Origin: an uncultured delta proteobacterium
GTDB lineage: Bacteria; Desulfobacterota; Binatia; UBA9968
Direction: 5' to 3'
Assembly: GCA_963771465.1 (NCBI GenBank)
Contig: CAVYTU010000017.1
Span: forward strand, 128,001 to 192,000
DNA length: 64,000 nt
The notes beneath the pieces were generated by a model that was not told the DNA's origin, searched no databases, and worked only from the letters and a program-made list of their open reading frames with translations. Each line of letters begins with the position of its first letter. Within the stretch, counting starts at the first letter, position 1. Both the position numbers and the translations under genes were made by a program. Positions 58,814-64,000 of this stretch are shown in pieces.

Positions 58814-59785
58814 ATGAAAATCGCGGTTATCGATGACTATCAAAATGCTTTCAAAACTTTGAAGTGTTTTCCGAAGTTGGCCGGCCACGATGTGGTTGTT
58901 TACTCGGATACGGCGAACGATGTTGCGAGCCTGGTTGCTAAACTGAAAGACGCCGATGTCGCGGTGTTCACCCAGCAGCGGTCATTTATTCCCCGCGCGG
59001 TGATTGAGCAGTTGCCGAAATTGACACTCATCGGCCAGACCGGGCGCGCCGCGGCCCACATCGATTTGGAGGCGTGCACGGAGAAGGGAATTGTCGTGTC
59101 TGCGGGCGGTTCGGGAAACTCGAGCGCGACCGCGGAGCTGACTTGGGGACTGATTCTTTCCGCGCTGCGCAGTTTGCCTTTGGAAGTTAACCGGCTGAAA
59201 AGCGGCCAATGGCAGTCGACCGTCGGCATCGGTGTAAAAGGCAAAACCATCGGCATTTATGCCTATGGAAAAATCGGTAGTATCGTCGCCGCGGTCGGTA
59301 AGGCGTTCGGCGCGCGAGTGATTTGCTGGGGGCGCGAGGGATCGACGGGACGGGCGAAAGCCGCGGGCTTCGAAGTCCCCAAGAGCCGCGAGGATTTCTT
59401 TGCGGAAGTGGATATTGTCAGTCTCCACTTGCCGCTCAATAAGGACACCCGCGGCATCGTCAAGCGCGACGATTTGGCGCGCATGAAGCCAACCGCATTG
59501 ATCGTCAACGCCAGCCGCTCCGGTCTGATTGAAAAGGGCGCGTTGGTGGATGCGCTCAAGGCGGGCCGGCCTGGTTTTGCCGCCGTCGATGTTTACGACA
59601 AAGAGCCGGTGGGAGCCGATGAGCCGTTGATCAAGATGGCCAACGTCACCTGTACGCCACATCTCGGCTATGTCACGCGTGAAAGCTACGAGGAGTACTA
59701 TGCGACCGTGGTCGACGACATCGTCAGCTTCGCCGCCGGCAAGCCGAATAACGTGTTGAATCCAGACGCGCTCGGAAAAAAGTGA
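58814..59785 (+). CDS. D-2-hydroxyacid dehydrogenase family protein
   Basis: IDDYQ, YGKIG, NASRSGLI, DVYDKEP, TPHLGY. Confidence 0.92.
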   Translation: MKIAVIDDYQNAFKTLKCFPKLAGHDVVVYSDTANDVASLVAKLKDADVAVFTQQRSFIPRAVIEQLPKLTLIGQTGRAAAHIDLEACTEKGIVVSAGGSGNSSATAELTWGLILSALRSLPLEVNRLKSGQWQSTVGIGVKGKTIGIYAYGKIGSIVAAVGKAFGARVICWGREGSTGRAKAAGFEVPKSREDFFAEVDIVSLHLPLNKDTRGIVKRDDLARMKPTALIVNASRSGLIEKGALVDALKAGRPGFAAVDVYDKEPVGADEPLIKMANVTCTPHLGYVTRESYEEYYATVVDDIVSFAAGKPNNVLNPDALGKK

Positions 59786-59917
59786 AAAGATTGTCACCGC
59801 AAAAGCGGCGAGCTCGAAAAATGGCTTTCTCGACGCCTCTGCGGTGAACGGTCAAATATTTTTTTCGGCTCCCATCCTAGCAGTGTCTCTTTAAGAAGCC
59901 GCGCTAAAGCGTTGCCG

Positions 59918-61639
59918 TCAGCGATTCGTCACAATGCTGTATTCGTCTGTTTTGGTAAGCGTCTTCGTCGGTGCTGCGCCGGATTCGGCTAGTCGGGAGA
60001 TGTTCTTGTCTTTGATGAAAACCAACAAAGGCTGCTTGGATTCTTTCCACTCTTTGGTAAATTCGTCAAAAGTAAAAAGCACCGGTCCGTAGCCGGTGGC
60101 GGGCGGCGGTTGCTTCTCCGCCACGTAGATATTGTGCATGATGATGGTTTTCTCGCCGGACCAGACGACCCAAATCGGCTGTTTGGCGCGAAGATAAAAC
60201 GGGAGCCCGGTCAGATAGCCGTCATAGAAGGCGAGCTGATGCTCGAGGTTGATGAAGGGTGCCACGTTTTTGGCGAGTTGTTTAGCCGAACGTTCGTAGG
60301 ACACTGGCACAGCAATGTGCCCCATTAAAAGCGCAAAGATAATTGTGCTACAGCAGTAACACAAATAAACGAGTCGCTGTTCCCGCCACTTGCCCAGACT
60401 GCCGGCGAAGGCGAAGATTCCCAACACAACAGCGAGCATTCCTCCGAAAGCCCAGATCGATGGCCCGGTCTGGCTCACGATTGGGCGAATCTGATGAGGC
60501 AGTCGACTGGCCCAGACTGAGCCAGCGATCAAGAAACCCACCCATAGGCCTATAGTGAGAAGGGGTAGAGTCAGCGGCCACCGCGACCTGGCTGAGGTGT
60601 CGCCGACAATTGCCGTGAGTGTTTTTGCCGTCAGTATCGCTAACGCTGGAAAGATCGGCAGAATGTAATGGGGTAGTTTTGAGTTGGACAAGGTGAAGAA
60701 AACGAACGGCACTGCGACCCAGAGAATCAAGTAGAGACTCCCGTCGTCCATCGCCTTTTTGCGCAAGTCTTTGACAATGAATGGAATGAGGACGCTCCAC
60801 GGTGCGAAGCCGGCGGCGACGACTAAAAAATAGTAATACCAAGTTTTGCTACGATGGAAATGTGGCGTAAGAAAACGGAGATAGTTTTCCTCTAACAAAA
60901 AATAGCGTAGGTAGCCCGGACTCCTCGCTTCGGCCCACACGTACAATGGGGCAACCATTGAGATAAAAACCAACGCGCCGATCGCCACGTCCATTTGCGA
61001 CAGCAGACGCCATCTGCGGGTGAGTAGCAGATAGAAAAAGAACACCATGCCGGGAATCATGACGCCGATGGGACCTTTGAGTAGGGTGGCCAGTGCCATT
61101 GCGCCATACATGAGCAGGCAATGGCGCCGTCTGGTATTTTTATTCTCGGCCTGTGCCGCCGAGTAGAATTCGCACAGGGCGATGGTGGTAAAAAATGTCA
61201 GCGTCATATCGAAGATGACGAGCCGGGAAAAAATAAAAAATTCTACGCCGGTGGTTAAAACCAGAACGGCCCACAAGGCTTCCCAAAGGCCCCAATGAAT
61301 GCGCGCAAACCGATAGAGGACAAAGAGACAACCAAGCGCCGCCAGCGCCGAAGGTAGCCGCGCCGACCACTCAGAGATGCCCAAAACTTTGTAAGCAATC
61401 GCGATCAACCAATATAAGAAGACAGGCTTGTCCAACGCCGGCAGAAAATTTTCATGGGGGATGACCCAATTATCGAGCACCAAGATTTCTCGCGCGCGCT
61501 CGGCATTTCTGCCTTCATCGGGCTCGAACAGGGCGGCAGCGCCGAGATGATAAAAGATCACTAGCAGACAGCTGGCGCAGAGTAACCAAGGCAAGCGTTT
61601 GTCGGCGAGAATAAAATCAAACCGTTCTTTTATGTTCAC
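59918..61639 (-). CDS. ArnT/GT39-like lipid-linked glycosyltransferase
   Basis: EPDEGRNAE.ARE, DKP..YW, ARLPSA, LLKGP, SKLPHYILP. Confidence 0.88.
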   Translation of the reverse strand: MNIKERFDFILADKRLPWLLCASCLLVIFYHLGAAALFEPDEGRNAERAREILVLDNWVIPHENFLPALDKPVFLYWLIAIAYKVLGISEWSARLPSALAALGCLFVLYRFARIHWGLWEALWAVLVLTTGVEFFIFSRLVIFDMTLTFFTTIALCEFYSAAQAENKNTRRRHCLLMYGAMALATLLKGPIGVMIPGMVFFFYLLLTRRWRLLSQMDVAIGALVFISMVAPLYVWAEARSPGYLRYFLLEENYLRFLTPHFHRSKTWYYYFLVVAAGFAPWSVLIPFIVKDLRKKAMDDGSLYLILWVAVPFVFFTLSNSKLPHYILPIFPALAILTAKTLTAIVGDTSARSRWPLTLPLLTIGLWVGFLIAGSVWASRLPHQIRPIVSQTGPSIWAFGGMLAVVLGIFAFAGSLGKWREQRLVYLCYCCSTIIFALLMGHIAVPVSYERSAKQLAKNVAPFINLEHQLAFYDGYLTGLPFYLRAKQPIWVVWSGEKTIIMHNIYVAEKQPPPATGYGPVLFTFDEFTKEWKESKQPLLVFIKDKNISRLAESGAAPTKTLTKTDEYSIVTNR

Positions 61640-61837
61640 AATCTCGTTGCTTTCGGAAAGTTGTTGAGTTCATGGGGGCTGCGGAAAAATGCCAATACCA
61701 AAACTTGTTGATCGCTGCCGTCGTCATCGGCTAGCCACTCCCACGGCTTAGTCAAAGCTTTTGAAGCGCTGGACAGCACTCAACCGTTAACCCTTTCCCG
61801 CGCGAAAATCTGCGCCTTTGGCGCACCTTTCAGGAAT

Positions 61838-61865
61838 GTAATCTTGCTGAAATGTTTCGGTAAGG
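61838..61865. promoter_or_regulatory. Candidate OmpR-family tandem binding site
   Basis: GTAATC, GAAATG, GTAAGG at 11-bp spacing (61838, 61849, 61860) in the divergent arnT/regulator gap. Confidence 0.45.
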
Positions 61866-61999
61866 TTCGGTGGGTTACTCGCTAACAACTTCTCTGACCC
61901 ATGCGATCGCTGCCGGATTAATGCGCCGGCGCGCCCTGGGTTGAGTTCCATGCGTCTTTAAAGGTAACTATGAATGTAATTGATGTCGGTGACTTATCC

Positions 62000-62674
62000 A
62001 TGCGCGTCCTAGTCGTCGAAGACGACAAGAAAATTGCCGCGTTCGTGACGAGGGGCTTGAAAGAGGCGGGTTTTGCCATTGACCATGCCGACGATGGCGA
62101 AGACGGGCTCCATCTCGCTCTGTCCGAGTCCTATGACGCCGCGGTCATGGATATCATGCTCCCCAAGCTCGATGGGTTAAGCGTGATCGGGCGACTGCGG
62201 CAAACCAAGATTCATACTCCCGTGCTGATCTTGAGCGCTAAGCGCAGCGTCGACGATCGTGTCAGAGGACTTCAGGCGGGCGGTGATGACTACCTAACTA
62301 AACCGTTTTCCTTCGCTGAGCTTTTAGCCCGCGTGCGAGCGTTAATCCGCCGGGCCAACCACGAAACCGAACCGACCCGGTTAGCCGTGGGCGAGCTATC
62401 CCTAGATTTGCTCACTCGTGAGGTCAAACGCGCGGTTAGCAAAATTGATTTGCAACCGCGCGAGTTCGCTTTGCTCGAATATCTCATGCGCAATGCCGGC
62501 ACAGTGGTATCGAAGACGATGATTATCGAGCATGTATGGGGTTATGATTTCGACCCGATGACCAACGTTGTCGATGTGTTAGTATCGCGCTTGCGCAACA
62601 AACTGGACCGCGATTTCGACAACAAGCTGATTCACACGCACCGGGGTGTGGGCTATGCCCTTAAAATTCAATAG
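62000..62674 (+). CDS. OmpR/CusR-family response regulator
   Basis: VVEDD, DIMLP, DDYLTKPF, REFALL, TNVVDV, RGVGY. Confidence 0.95.
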   Translation: MRVLVVEDDKKIAAFVTRGLKEAGFAIDHADDGEDGLHLALSESYDAAVMDIMLPKLDGLSVIGRLRQTKIHTPVLILSAKRSVDDRVRGLQAGGDDYLTKPFSFAELLARVRALIRRANHETEPTRLAVGELSLDLLTREVKRAVSKIDLQPREFALLEYLMRNAGTVVSKTMIIEHVWGYDFDPMTNVVDVLVSRLRNKLDRDFDNKLIHTHRGVGYALKIQ

Positions 62675-64000
62675 ATTCTTTTTCAGAACACTCGGCTTTC
62701 GCCTCACGTCATGGTACTCGGGAATCTTCATCGTCAGTTCCTTAGTCCTGTTGTCGGTATCCTATCTGTTCGTATTTTCGACCATTCGCGACCAGCGCAG
62801 CGCGATTCAGTCACGGTTGCGTGAATATGCGTCTATAGTCGAGACCGGCGGCGTCCCGGCGCTCGAAAGCAAATTCCGCGAGCAGCGCCGCCCGAGCCGG
62901 CGCAATTCGTTTTTCGCACGCGTAACCAATGCGGCGAACGCGACGAATTTCCTCGGCAACCCACGGCTCTGGGAGACGTTCGATTTTACCAATCCGCAAA
63001 AGGTGCCGCTGATCGATCAATGGCAATATTATTCATCGAAGCGCGACGGCGATTTGTTGGAAGTCTTAGCCGTGCGGCTTCCCGACAATAACGTTTTGCA
63101 GGTCGGCAAGAGCATCCAGGATCGAGAGGAGGTGCTGGAGCGCTTTCGCGACACGCTGCTCGCGACCATCATTCCGATGATATTTATCGGTGTGGCCGGC
63201 GGCGCGTACTTTGCTGTGCGGGCGCTGCGGCCGCTGCGCAGTCTAAGTAACGTTACTCGGTCGATCATCGATACCGCCCGCTTCGACGCTCGGGTTCCCG
63301 ACAATCAGGGCGGCGATGAGATCAATCAACTGATCGTTCTGTTCAATCAAATGTTGGCCAGGATCGAGACTTTGATTGGCGGCATGAAAGAGGCGTTGGA
63401 CAACGTCGCGCACGATCTGCGCACACCGATCACCCGACTGCGCGGTACAGCGGAGCTGGCGCTACGGCCTGACGCCGACCCGGAAGTCTGTCGCGAAGCG
63501 CTGGCGGACTGTTTGGAAGAGTCGGATCGCATCATGACGATGCTCAACACGTTGATGGATATTTCCGAGGCTGAGACCGGCACGATGAACCTCTCCCTCG
63601 AAGACGTGAACCTAGCCGCGCTGATTCATGAAGTCACGGATCTCTACGAGCATGTCGCCGACGAGGCGAAGGTCGGCGTCATAACCCACGTGCCACAGGA
63701 TATCACCTTGCGAGCCGACCGCGCTCGGCTGCGCCAGGTGGTGGCCAATCTCGTCGATAACGCGATCAAATATACGCCGAGCGGCGGGCGCGTTGAGATC
63801 GACGTCGCGCGCGTTGAACAGCAGGCGATGCTGCTCGTTCGCGACACCGGCGTCGGCATACCGGTCGACGAACTGCCGCGAATTTGGGATCGGTTATACC
63901 GCGGCGATAAGAGCCGTTCGCAGCGTGGTCTCGGCCTTGGCTTGAGTCTGGTCAGAGCAGTCGTCCAGGCTCATCAAGGGTGGGTTGAGGCTTCGGCCAA
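62655..64000 (+). CDS. Sensor histidine kinase (runs off window)
   Basis: ATG 62655 overlaps the regulator; HAMP, AHDLRTP H-box, NLVDNAIKY, DTGVG, GLGLGL. Confidence 0.92.
   Translation, partial: MPLKFNRFFFRTLGFRLTSWYSGIFIVSSLVLLSVSYLFVFSTIRDQRSAIQSRLREYASIVETGGVPALESKFREQRRPSRRNSFFARVTNAANATNFLGNPRLWETFDFTNPQKVPLIDQWQYYSSKRDGDLLEVLAVRLPDNNVLQVGKSIQDREEVLERFRDTLLATIIPMIFIGVAGGAYFAVRALRPLRSLSNVTRSIIDTARFDARVPDNQGGDEINQLIVLFNQMLARIETLIGGMKEALDNVAHDLRTPITRLRGTAELALRPDADPEVCREALADCLEESDRIMTMLNTLMDISEAETGTMNLSLEDVNLAALIHEVTDLYEHVADEAKVGVITHVPQDITLRADRARLRQVVANLVDNAIKYTPSGGRVEIDVARVEQQAMLLVRDTGVGIPVDELPRIWDRLYRGDKSRSQRGLGLGLSLVRAVVQAHQGWVEASA

Overview
GC-rich bacterial chromosomal window with about 55 genes. 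The gene content (many stand-alone substrate-binding proteins, amidohydrolases, CoA-acid and aromatic catabolic enzymes) resembles Candidatus Binatia/Binatota-type Deltaproteobacteria; this is an inference. No rRNA, tRNA, CRISPR or transposase was seen. Main observations: (1) a hidden selenoprotein, GrdB-like (33512-34792), with in-frame TGA, a SECIS-like hairpin 11 nt downstream and a non-canonical U-x-x-S-x-x-S motif, paired only with a GrdE-like partner; (2) a minus-strand cluster of about 8.6 kb with a heme-oxygenase-like diiron enzyme, three 4,5-dihydroxyphthalate-decarboxylase-like proteins, two class II aldolase-fold proteins and an ICL/PEP-mutase protein; (3) a sigma54-preceded, short stand-alone PaaA/BoxB-like diiron protein plus a 63-aa partner; (4) an operon placing a deiodinase-like protein beside a gentisate-dioxygenase-like cupin; (5) an integrase-less integron-like relic (attC plus cassettes); (6) a decayed RHS toxin/immunity islet; (7) benzoate-CoA ligase with its ABC transporter. 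Several frameshifts look like sequencing or assembly indels.
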